Source of the DNA: Eledone cirrhosa
Taxonomy: Eukaryota
Direction: 5' to 3'
Length of the DNA stretch: 64,000 nt
Assembly (NCBI GenBank): GCA_964016885.1
Contig: OZ024744.1
Location: forward strand, 248,001 to 312,000
Positions within the stretch are counted from its first letter, which is position 1. Each line of letters starts with the position of its first letter. This document shows positions 49,501 through 62,000 of the stretch, in pieces. The notes under the pieces are model-generated. The model was not told where the DNA came from, searched no databases, and saw nothing but the letters and a program-made list of their open reading frames with translations. Position numbers and translations under genes: made by a program.

Positions 49501-52500
49501 CCTCAAAACTTCGTTCTTCATCAAGCTATCTTTCTCTACCTTGTCTTCCCTCAAAACTTCGTTCTTCACCAAGCTATATTTCTCTACCTGTTTTTCCCCC
49601 AAAACTTCGTTTTTCACCAAACTATCTTTCTCTACCTTGTCTTCCCTCAAAACTTCGTTCTTCGCCAAGCTATCTTTCTCTACCTTGTCTTCCCTCAAAA
49701 CTCCGTTCTTCATCAAGCTAACTTTCTCTACCTTGTCTTCCCCCAAAACTTCGTTCTTCACAAGCTATCCTTCTCTACCTTGTCTTCCCTCAAAACTTCG
49801 TTCTTGATCAAGCTATCTTTCTCTACCTTGTCTTCCCTCAAAACTTCGTTCTTCATCAAGCTATCTTTCTCTACCTTGTCTTCCCTCAAAACTTCGTTCT
49901 TCACCAAGCTATCTTTCTCTACCTTGTCTTCCCTCAAAACTACGTTCTTCACCAAGCTATCTTACTCTACCTTGTCTTCCCTCAAAACTTCGTTCTTCAC
50001 CAAGCTATCTTTCTCTACCTTTTTTCCCCCCAAAACTTCGTTCTTCACCAAACTATCTTTCTCTACCTTGTCTTCCCTCAAAACTTCGTTCTTCACCAAG
50101 CTATCTTTCTCTACCTTGTCTTCCCTCAAAACTCCGTTCTTCATCAAGCTATCGTTCTCTACTTTGTCTACCCTCAAAACGTCGTTCTTCACCTAGCTAT
50201 CCTTCTCTACCTTGTCTTCCCTCAAAACGTCGTTCGTTCTTCACCAAGCTATCTTTCTCTACCTTGTCTTCCCCCAAAACTTCGTTCTTCACAAGCTATC
50301 CTTCTCTACCTTGTCTTCCCTCAAAACTTCGTTCTTGATCAAGCTATCTTTCTCTACCTTGTCTTCCCTCAAAACTTTGTTCTTCACCAAGCTATCTTTC
50401 TCTACCTTGTCTTCCCTCAAAACTTCGTTCTTCACCAAGCTATCTTTCTCTACCTTGTCTTCCCTCAAAACTTCGTTCTTCACCAAGCTATCTTTCTCTA
50501 CCTTGTCTTCCCCCAAAACATCGTTCTTCACCAAGCTATCTTTCTCTACCTTGTCTTCCCCCAAAACATCGTTCTTCACCAAGCTATCTTTCTCTACCTT
50601 GTCTTCCCTGAAAAATTCGTTATTCACCAAGCTATCTTTCTCTACCTTGTCTTCCCTCAAAACTCCGTTCTTCATCAAGCTATCTCTCTCTACCTTGTCT
50701 TCCCTCAACACTTCGTTCGTTCTTCACCAAGCTATCTTTCTCTACCTTGTCTTCCCTCAACACTTCGTTCGTTCTTCACCAAGCTATCTTTCTCTACCTT
50801 GTCTTCCCCCAAAACTACGTTCTTCACAAGCTATCTTTCTCTACCTTGTCTTCCCTCAAAACTTCGTTCTTCACCAAGCTATCTTTCTCTACCTTGTCTT
50901 CCCTCAAAATTTCGTTCTTCACCAAGCTATCTTTCTCTACCTTGTCTTCCCTCAAAACTTCGTTCTTCACCAAGCTATCTTTCTCTACCTTGTCTTCCCT
51001 CAAAACTTCGTTCTTCACCAAGCTAACTTTCTCTACCTTGTCTTCCCTCAAAACTTCGTTCTTCATCAAGCTATCTTTCTCTACCTTGTCTTCCCTCAAA
51101 ACTTCGTTCTTCACCAAGCTATCTTTCTCTACCTTGTCTTCCCTCAAAACTTCGTTCTTCACCAAGCTATCTTTCTCTACCTTGTCTTCCCTCAAAACTT
51201 CGTTCTTCACCAAGCTAACTTTCTCTACCTTGTCTTCCCTCAAAACTTCGTTCTTCATCAAGCTATCTTTCTCTACCTTGTCTTCCCTCAAAACTTCGTT
51301 CTTCACCAAGCTATATTTCTCTACCTGTTTTTCCCCCAAAACTTCGTTTTTCACCAAACTATCTTTCTCTACCTTGTCTTCCCTCAAAACTTCGTTCTTC
51401 ACCAAGCTATCTTTCTCTACCTTGTCTTCCCTCAAAACTCCGTTCTTCATCAAGCTAACTTTCTCCACCTTGTCTTCCCCCAAAACTTCGTTCTTCACAA
51501 GCTATCCTTCTCTACCTTGTCTTCCCTCAAAACTTCGTTCTTGATCAAGCTATCTTTCTCTACCTTGTCTTCCCTCAAAACTTCGTTCTTCATCAAGCTA
51601 TCTTTCTCTACCTTGTCTTCCCTCAAAACTTCGTTCTTCACCAAGCTATCTTTCTCTACCTTGTCTTCCCTCAAAACTTCGTTCTTCACCAAGCTATCTT
51701 ACTCTACCTTGTCTTCCCTCAAAACTTCGTTCTTCACCAAGCTAACTTTCTCTACCTTGTCTTCCCTCAAAACTTCGTTCTTCATCAAGCTATCTTTCTC
51801 TACCTTGTCTTCCCTCAAAACTTCGTTCTTCACCAAGCTATCTTTCTCTACCTTGTCTTCCCTCAAAACTTCGTTCTTCACCAAGCTATCTTTCTCTACC
51901 TTTTTTCCCCCCAAAACTTCGTTCTTCACCAAACTATCTTTCTCTACCTTGTCTTCCCTCAAAACTTCGTTCTTCACCAAGCTATCTTTCTCTACCTTGT
52001 CTTCCCTCAAAACTCCGTTCTTCATCAAGCTATCTTTCTCTAGCTTGTCTTCCCTCAAAACTTCGTTCTTCACCAAGCTATCTTTCTCTACTTTGTCTAC
52101 CCTCAAAACGTCGTTCTTCACCTAGCTATCCTTCTCTACCTTGTCTTCCCTCAAAACGTCGTTCGTTCTTCACCAAGCTATCTTTCTCTACCTTGTCTTC
52201 CCCCAAAACTTCGTTCTTCACAAGCTATCCTTCTCTACCTTGTCTTCCCTCAAAACTTCGTTCTTGATCAAGCTATCTTTCTCTACCTTGTCTTCCCTCA
52301 AAACTTTGTTCTTCACCAAGCTATCTTTCTCTACCTTGTCTTCCCTCAAAACTTCGTTCTTCACCAAGCTATCTTTCTCTACCTTGTCTTCCCTCAAAAC
52401 TTCGTTCTTCACCAAGCTATCTTTCTCTACCTTGTCTTCCCCCAAAACATCGTTCTTCACCAAGCTATCTTTCTTTACCTTGTCTTCCCTGAAAACTTCG

Positions 52501-55500
52501 TTATTCACCAAGCTATCTTTCTCTACCTTGTCTTCCCTCAAAACTCCGTTCTTCATCAAGCTATCGTTCTCTACTTTGTCTTCCCTCAAAACGTCGTTCT
52601 TCACCAAGCTATCTTTCTCTACCTTGTCTTCCCTCAAAACTTCGTTCTTCACCAAGCTATCTTTCTCTACCTTGTCTTCCCTCAAAACTTCGTTCTTCAC
52701 CAAGCTAACTTTCTCTACCTTGTCTTCCCTCAAAACTTCGTTCTTCATCAAGCTATCTTTCTCTACCTTGTCTTCCCTCAAAACTTCGTTCTTCACCAAG
52801 CTATCTTTCTCTACCTTGTCTTCCCTCAAAACTTCGTTCTTCACCAAGCTATCTTTCTCTACCTTGTCTTCCCTCAAAACTTCGTTCTTCACCAAGCTAA
52901 CTTTCTCTACCTTGTCTTCCCTCAAAACTTCGTTCTTCATCAAGCTATCTTTCTCTACCTTGTCTTCCCTCAAAACTTCGTTCTTCACCAAGCTATATTT
53001 CTCTACCTGTTTTTCCCCCAAAACTTCGTTTTTCACCAAACTATCTTTCTCTACCTTGTCTTCCCTCAAAACTTCGTTCTTCACCAAGCTATCTTTCTCT
53101 ACCTTGTCTTCCCTCAAAACTCCGTTCTTCATCAAGCTAACTTTCTCTACCTTGTCTTCCCCCAAAACTTCGTTCTTCACAAGCTATCCTTCTCTACCTT
53201 GTCTTCCCTCAAAACTTCGTTCTTGATCAAGCTATCTTTCTCTACCTTGTCTTCCCTCAAAACTTCGTTCTTCATCAAGCTATCTTTCTCTACCTTGTCT
53301 TCCCTCAAAACTTCGTTCTTCACCAAGCTATCTTTCTCTACCTTGTCTTCCCTCAAAACTACGTTCTTCACCAAGCTATCTTACTCTACCTTGTCTTCCC
53401 TCAAAACTTCGTTCTTCACCAAGCTATCTTTCTCTACCTTTTTTCCCCCCAAAACTTCGTTCTTCACCAAACTATCTTTCTCTACCTTGTCTTCCCTCAA
53501 AACTTCGTTCTTCACCAAGCTATCTTTCTCTACCTTGTCTTCCCTCAAAACTCCGTTCTTCATCAAGCTATCGTTCTCTACTTTGTCTACCCTCAAAACG
53601 TCGTTCTTCACCTAGCTATCCTTCTCTACCTTGTCTTCCCTCAAAACGTCGTTCGTTCTTCACCAAGCTATCTTTCTCTACCTTGTCTTCCCCCAAAACT
53701 TCGTTCTTCACAAGCTATCCTTCTCTACCTTGTCTTCCCTCAAAACTTCGTTCTTGATCAAGCTATCTTTCTCTACCTTGTCTTCCCTCAAAACTTTGTT
53801 CTTCACCAAGCTATCTTTCTCTACCTTGTCTTCCCTCAAAACTTCGTTCTTCACCAAGCTATCTTTCTCTACCTTGTCTTCCCTCAAAACTTCGTTCTTC
53901 ACCAAGCTATCTTTCTCTACCTTGTCTTCCCCCAAAACATCGTTCTTCACCAAGCTATCTTTCTCTACCTTGTCTTCCCCCAAAACATCGTTCTTCACCA
54001 AGCTATCTTTCTCTACCTTGTCTTCCCTGAAAAATTCGTTATTCACCAAGCTATCTTTCTCTACCTTGTCTTCCCTCAAAACTCCGTTCTTCATCAAGCT
54101 ATCTCTCTCTACCTTGTCTTCCCTCAACACTTCGTTCGTTCTTCACCAAGCTATCTTTCTCTACCTTGTCTTCCCTCAACACTTCGTTCGTTCTTCACCA
54201 AGCTATCTTTCTCTACCTTGTCTTCCCCCAAAACTACGTTCTTCACAAGCTATCTTTCTCTACCTTGTCTTCCCTCAAAACTTCGTTCTTCACCAAGCTA
54301 TCTTTCTCTACCTTGTCTTCCCTCAAAATTTCGTTCTTCACCAAGCTATCTTTCTCTACCTTGTCTTCCCTCAAAACTTCGTTCTTCACCAAGCTATCTT
54401 TCTCTACCTTGTCTTCCCTCAAAACTTCGTTCTTCACCAAGCTAACTTTCTCTACCTTGTCTTCCCTCAAAACTTCGTTCTTCATCAAGCTATCTTTCTC
54501 TACCTTGTCTTCCCTCAAAACTTCGTTCTTCACCAAGCTATCTTTCTCTACCTTGTCTTCCCTCAAAACTTCGTTCTTCACCAAGCTATCTTTCTCTACC
54601 TTGTCTTCCCTCAAAACTTCGTTCTTCACCAAGCTAACTTTCTCTACCTTGTCTTCCCTCAAAACTTCGTTCTTCATCAAGCTATCTTTCTCTACCTTGT
54701 CTTCCCTCAAAACTTCGTTCTTCACCAAGCTATATTTCTCTACCTGTTTTTCCCCCAAAACTTCGTTTTTCACCAAACTATCTTTCTCTACCTTGTCTTC
54801 CCTCAAAACTTCGTTCTTCACCAAGCTATCTTTCTCTACCTTGTCTTCCCTCAAAACTCCGTTCATCATCAAGCTAACTTTCTCCACCTTGTCTTCCCCC
54901 AAAACTTCGTTCTTCACAAGCTATCCTTCTCTACCTTGTCTTCCCTCAAAACTTCGTTCTTGATCAAGCTATCTTTCTCTACCTTGTCTTCCCTCAAAAC
55001 TTCGTTCTTCATCAAGCTATCTTTCTCTACCTTGTCTTCCCTCAAAACTTCGTTCTTCACCAAGCTATCTTTCTCTACCTTGTCTTCCCTCAAAACTTCG
55101 TTCTTCACCAAGCTATCTTACTCTACCTTGTCTTCCCTCAAAACTTCGTTCTTCACCAAGCTAACTTTCTCTACCTTGTCTTCCCTCAAAACTTCGTTCT
55201 TCATCAAGCTATCTTTCTCTACCTTGTCTTCCCTCAAAACTTCGTTCTTCACCAAGCTATCTTTCTCTACCTTGTCTTCCCTCAAAACTTCGTTCTTCAC
55301 CAAGCTATCTTTCTCTACCTTTTTTCCCCCCAAAACTTCGTTCTTCACCAAACTATCTTTCTCTACCTTGTCTTCCCTCAAAACTTCGTTCTTCACCAAG
55401 CTATCTTTCTCTACCTTGTCTTCCCTCAAAACTCCGTTCTTCATCAAGCTATCTTTCTCTAGCTTGTCTTCCCTCAAAACTTCGTTCTTCACCAAGCTAT

Positions 55501-56055
55501 CTTTCTCTACTTTGTCTACCCTCAAAACGTCGTTCTTCACCTAGCTATCCTTCTCTACCTTGTCTTCCCTCAAAACGTCGTTCGTTCTTCACCAAGCTAT
55601 CTTTCTCTACCTTGTCTTCCCCCAAAACTTCGTTCTTCACAAGCTATCCTTCTCTACCTTGTCTTCCCTCAAAACTTCGTTCTTGATCAAGCTATCTTTC
55701 TCTACCTTGTCTTCCCTCAAAACTTTGTTCTTCACCAAGCTATCTTTCTCTACCTTGTCTTCCCTCAAAACTTCGTTCTTCACCAAGCTATCTTTCTCTA
55801 CCTTGTCTTCCCTCAAAACTTCGTTCTTCACCAAGCTATCTTTCTCTACCTTGTCTTCCCCCAAAACATCGTTCTTCACCAAGCTATCTTTCTTTACCTT
55901 GTCTTCCCTGAAAACTTCGTTATTCACCAAGCTATCTTTCTCTACCTTGTCTTCCCTCAAAACTCCGTTCTTCATCAAGCTATCGTTCTCTACTTTGTCT
56001 TCCCTCAAAACGTCGTTCTTCACCAAGCTATCTTTCTCTACCTTGTCTTCCCTCA
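45760..56055. repeat. Higher-order tandem triplication, period 3419 bp (71 monomers), ~3 copies
   Basis: ORFs 46361/49780/53199, 46793/50212/53631 and 48722/52141/55560 are spaced by 3419. Private variants GAAAAATTCG (47191/50610/54029) and CTCCACC (~48044/51463/54882). 71x48 + 11 = 3419. Confidence 0.94.
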
Positions 56056-59000
56056 ACACTTCGTTCGTTCTTCACCAAGCTATCTTTCTCTACCTTGTCT
56101 TCCCCCAAAACTACGTTCTTCACAAGCTATCTTTCTCTACCTTGTCTTCCCTCAAAACTTCGTTCTTCACCAAGCTATCTTTCTCTACCTTGTCTTCCCT
56201 CAAAATTTCGTTCTTCACCAAGCTATCTTTCTCTACCTTGTCTTCCCTCAAAACTTCGTTCTTCACCAAGCTATCTTTCTCTACCTTGTCTTCCCTCAAA
56301 ACTTCGTTCTTCACCAAGCTAACTTTCTCTACCTTGTCTTCCCTCAAAACTTCGTTCTTCATCAAGCTATCTTTCTCTACCTTGTCTTCCCTCAAAACTT
56401 CGTTCTTCACCAAGCTATCTTTCTCTACCTTGTCTTCCCTCAAAACTTCGTTCTTCACCAAGCTATCTTTCTCTACCTTGTCTTCCCTCAAAACTTCGTT
56501 CTTCACCAAGCTAACTTTCTCTACCTTGTCTTCCCTCAAAACTTCGTTCTTCATCAAGCTATCTTTCTCTACCTTGTCTTCCCTCAAAACTTCGTTCTTC
56601 ACCAAGCTATATTTCTCTACCTGTTTTTCCCCCAAAACTTCGTTTTTCACCAAACTATCTTTCTCTACCTTGTCTTCCCTCAAAACTTCGTTCTTCACCA
56701 AGCTATCTTTCTCTACCTTGTCTTCCCTCAAAACTCCGTTCTTCATCAAGCTAACTTTCTCTACCTTGTCTTCCCCCAAAACTTCGTTCTTCACAAGCTA
56801 TCCTTCTCTACCTTGTCTTCCCTCAAAACTTCGTTCTTGATCAAGCTATCTTTCTCTACCTTGTCTTCCCTCAAAACTTCGTTCTTCATCAAGCTATCTT
56901 TCTCTACCTTGTCTTCCCTCAAAACTTCGTTCTTCACCAAGCTATCTTTCTCTACCTTGTCTTCCCTCAAAACTTCGTTCTTCACCAAGCTATCTTACTC
57001 TACCTTGTCTTCCCTCAAAACTTCGTTCTTCACCAAGCTAACTTTCTCTACCTTGTTTTCCCTCAAAACTTCGTTCTTCATCAAGCTATCTTTCTCTACC
57101 TTGTCTTCCCTCAAAACTTCGTTCTTCACCAAGCTATCTTTCTCTACCTTGTCTTCCCTCAAAACTTCGTTCTTCACCAAGCTATCTTTCTCTACCTTTT
57201 TACCCCCCAAAACTTCGTTCTTCACCAAACTATCTTTCTCTACCTTGTCTTCCCTCAAAACTTCGTTCTTCACCAAGCTATCTTTCTCTACCTTGTCTTC
57301 CCTCAAAACTCCGTTCTTCATCAAGCTATCGTTCTCTACTTTGTCTTCCCTCAAAACGTCGTTCTTCACCTAGCTATCCTTCTCTACCTTGTCTTCCCTC
57401 AAAACGTCGTTCGTTCTTCACCAAGCTATCTTTCTCTACCTTGTCTTCCCCCAAAACTTCGTTCTTCACAAGCTATCCTTCTCTACCTTGTCTTCCCTCA
57501 AAACTTCGTTCTTGATCAAGCTATCTTTCTCTACCTTGTCTTCCCTCAAAACTTTGTTCTTCACCAAGCTATCTTTCTCTACCTTGTCTTCCCTCAAAAC
57601 TTCGTTCTTCACCAAGCTATCTTTCTCTACCTTGTCTTCCCTCAAAACTTCGTTCTTCACAAAGCTATCTTTCTCTACCTTGTCTTCCCCCAAAACATCG
57701 TTCTTCACCAAGCTATCTTTCTTTACCTTGTCTCCCCTCAAAACTTCGTTATTCACCAAGCTATCTTTCTCTACCTTGTCTTCCCTCAAAACTTCGTTCT
57801 TCATCAAGCTATCGTTCTCTACTTTGTCTTCCCTCAAAACGTCGTTCTTCACCAAGCTATCTTTCTCTACCTTGTCTTCCCTCAACACTTCGTTCGTTCT
57901 TCACCAAGCTATCTTTCTCTACCTTGTCTTCCCCCAAAACTACGTTCTTCACAAGCTATCTTTCTCTACCTTGTCTTCCCTCAAAACTTCGTTCTTCACC
58001 AAGCTATCTTTCTCTACCTTGTCTTCCCTCAAAACTTCGTTCTTCACCAAGCTAACTTTCTCTACCTTGTCTTCCCTCAAAACTTCGTTCTTCATCAAGC
58101 TATCTTTCTCTACCTTGTCTTCCCTCAAAACTTCGTTCTTCACCAAGCTATCTTTCTCTACCTTGTCTTCCCTCAAAACTTCGTTCTTCACCAAGCTATC
58201 TTTCTCTACCTTGTCATCCCTCAAAACTTCGTTCTTCACCAAGCTAACTTTCTCTACCTTGTCTTCCCTCAAAACTTCGTTCTTCATCAAGCTATCTTTC
58301 TCTACCTTGTCTTCCCTCAAAACTTCGTTCTTCACCAAGCTATATTTCTCTACCTTTTTTTCCCCCAAAACTTCGTTCTTCACCAAACTATCTTTCTCTA
58401 CCTTGTCTTCCCTCAAAACTTCGTTCTTCACCAAGCTATCTTTCTCTACCTTGTCTTCCCTCAAAACTCCGTTCTTCATCAAGCTATCGTTCTCTACTTT
58501 GTCTTCCCTCAAAACGTCGTTCTTCACCTAGCTATCTTTCTCTACCTTGTCTTCCCTCAAAACGTCGTTCGTTCTTCACCAAGCTATCTTTCTTTACCTT
58601 GTCTTCCCCCAAAACTTCGTTCTTCACAAGCTATCCTTCTCTACCTTGTCTTCCCTCAAAACTTCGTTCTTGATCAAGCTATCTTTCTCTACCTTGTCTT
58701 CCCTCAAAACTTCGTTCTTCATGAAGCTATCTTTCTCTACCTTGTCTTCCCTCAAAACTTCGTTCTTCACCAAGCTATCTTTCTCTACCTTGTCTTCCCT
58801 CAAAACTTCGTTCTTCACCAAGCTATCTTTCTCTACCTTGTCATCCCTCAAAACTTCGTTCTTCACCAAGCTAACTTTCTCTACCTTGTCTTCCCTCAAA
58901 ACTTCGTTCTTCACCAAACTATCTTTCTCTACCTTGTCTTCCCTCAAAACTTCGTTCTTCACCAAGCTATCTTTCTCTACCTTGTCTTCCCTCAAAACTC

Positions 59001-62000
59001 CGTTCTTCATCAAGCTATCGTTCTCTACTTTGTCTACCCTCAAAACGTCGTTCTTCACCTAGCTATCCTTCTCTACCTTGTCTTCCCTCAAAACGTCGTT
59101 CGTTCTTCACCAAGCTATCTTTCTCTACCTTGTCTTCCCCCAAAACTTCGTTCTTCACAAGCTATCCTTCTCTACCTTGTCTTCCCTCAAAACTTCGTTC
59201 TTGATCAAGCTATCTTTCTCTACCTTGTCTTCCCTCAAAACTTTGTTCTTCACCAAGCTATCTTTCTCTACCTTGTCTTCCCTCAAAACTTCGTTCTTCA
59301 CCAAGCTATCTTTCTCTACCTTGTCTTCCCTCAAAACTTCGTTCTTCACCAAGCTATCTTTCTCTACCTTGTCTTCCCCCAAAACATCGTTCTTCACCAA
59401 GCTATCTTTCTCTACCTTGTCTTCCCCCAAAACATCGTTCTTCACCAAGCTATCTTTCTCTACCTTGTCTTCCCTGAAAACTTCGTTATTCACCAAGCTA
59501 TCTTTCTCTACCTTGTCTTCCCTCAAAACTCCGTTCTTCATCAAGCTATCTCTCTCTACCTTGTCTTCCCTCAACACTTCGTTCGTTCTTCACCAAGCTA
59601 TCTTTCTCTACCTTGTCTTCCCTCAACACTTCGTTCGTTCTTCACCAAGCTATCTTTCTCTACCTTGTCTTCCCCCAAAACTACGTTCTTCACAAGCTAT
59701 CTTTCTCTACCTTGTCTTCCCTCAAAACTTCGTTCTTCACCAAGCTATCTTTCTCTACCTTGTCTTCCCTCAAAATTTCGTTCTTCACCAAGCTATCTTT
59801 CTCTACCTTGTCTTCCCTCAAAACTTCGTTCTTCACCAAGCTATCTTTCTCTACCTTGTCTTCCCTCAAAACTTCGTTCTTCACCAAGCTAACTTTCTCT
59901 ACCTTGTCTTCCCTCAAAACTTCGTTCTTCATCAAGCTATCTTTCTCTACCTTGTCTTCCCTCAAAACTTCGTTCTTCACCAAGCTATCTTTCTCTACCT
60001 TGTCTTCCCTCAAAACTTCGTTCTTCACCAAGCTATCTTTCTCTACCTTGTCTTCCCTCAAAACTTCGTTCTTCACCAAGCTAACTTTCTCTACCTTGTC
60101 TTCCCTCAAAACTTCGTTCTTCATCAAGCTATCTTTCTCTACCTTGTCTTCCCTCAAAACTTCGTTCTTCACCAAGCTATATTTCTCTACCTGTTTTTCC
60201 CCCAAAACTTCGTTTTTCACCAAACTATCTTTCTCTACCTTGTCTTCCCTCAAAACTTCGTTCTTCACCAAGCTATCTTTCTCTACCTTGTCTTCCCTCA
60301 AAACTCCGTTCTTCATCAAGCTAACTTTCTCTACCTTGTCTTCCCCCAAAACTTCGTTCTTCACAAGCTATCCTTCTCTACCTTGTCTTCCCTCAAAACT
60401 TCGTTCTTGATCAAGCTATCTTTCTCTACCTTGTCTTCCCTCAAAACTTCGTTCTTCATCAAGCTATCTTTCTCTACCTTGTCTTCCCTCAAAACTTCGT
60501 TCTTCACCAAGCTATCTTTCTCTACCTTGTCTTCCCTCAAAACTTCGTTCTTCACCAAGCTATCTTACTCTACCTTGTCTTCCCTCAAAACTTCGTTCTT
60601 CACCAAGCTAACTTTCTCTACCTTGTCTTCCCTCAAAACTTCGTTCTTCATCAAGCTATCTTTCTCTACCTTGTCTTCCCTCAAAACTTCGTTCTTCACC
60701 AAGCTATCTTTCTCTACCTTGTCTTCCCTCAAAACTTCGTTCTTCACCAAGCTATCTTTCTCTACCTTTTTTCCCCCCAAAACTTCGTTCTTCACCAAAC
60801 TATCTTTCTCTACCTTGTCTTCCCTCAAAACTTCGTTCTTCACCAAGCTATCTTTCTCTACCTTGTCTTCCCTCAAAACTCCGTTCTTCATCAAGCTATC
60901 TTTCTCTAGCTTGTCTTCCCTCAAAACTTCGTTCTTCACCAAGCTATCTTTCTCTACTTTGTCTACCCTCAAAACGTCGTTCTTCACCTAGCTATCCTTC
61001 TCTACCTTGTCTTCCCTCAAAACGTCGTTCGTTCTTCACCAAGCTATCTTTCTCTACCTTGTCTTCCCCCAAAACTTCGTTCTTCACAAGCTATCCTTCT
61101 CTACCTTGTCTTCCCTCAAAACTTCGTTCTTGATCAAGCTATCTTTCTCTACCTTGTCTTCCCTCAAAACTTTGTTCTTCACCAAGCTATCTTTCTCTAC
61201 CTTGTCTTCCCTCAAAACTTCGTTCTTCACCAAGCTATCTTTCTCTACCTTGTCTTCCCTCAAAACTTCGTTCTTCACCAAGCTATCTTTCTCTACCTTG
61301 TCTTCCCCCAAAACATCGTTCTTCACCAAGCTATCTTTCTTTACCTTGTCTTCCCTGAAAACTTCGTTATTCACCAAGCTATCTTTCTCTACCTTGTCTT
61401 CCCTCAAAACTCCGTTCTTCATCAAGCTATCGTTCTCTACTTTGTCTTCCCTCAAAACGTCGTTCTTCACCAAGCTATCTTTCTCTACCTTGTCTTCCCT
61501 CAACACTTCGTTCGTTCTTCACCAAGCTATCTTTCTCTACCTTGTCTTCCCCCAAAACTACGTTCTTCACAAGCTATCTTTCTCTACCTTGTCTTCCCTC
61601 AAAACTTCGTTCTTCACCAAGCTATCTTTCTCTACCTTGTCTTCCCTCAAAATTTCGTTCTTCACCAAGCTATCTTTCTCTACCTTGTCTTCCCTCAAAA
61701 CTTCGTTCTTCACCAAGCTATCTTTCTCTACCTTGTCTTCCCTCAAAACTTCGTTCTTCACCAAGCTAACTTTCTCTACCTTGTCTTCCCTCAAAACTTC
61801 GTTCTTCATCAAGCTATCTTTCTCTACCTTGTCTTCCCTCAAAACTTCGTTCTTCACCAAGCTATCTTTCTCTACCTTGTCTTCCCTCAAAACTTCGTTC
61901 TTCACCAAGCTATCTTTCTCTACCTTGTCTTCCCTCAAAACTTCGTTCTTCACCAAGCTAACTTTCTCTACCTTGTCTTCCCTCAAAACTTCGTTCTTCA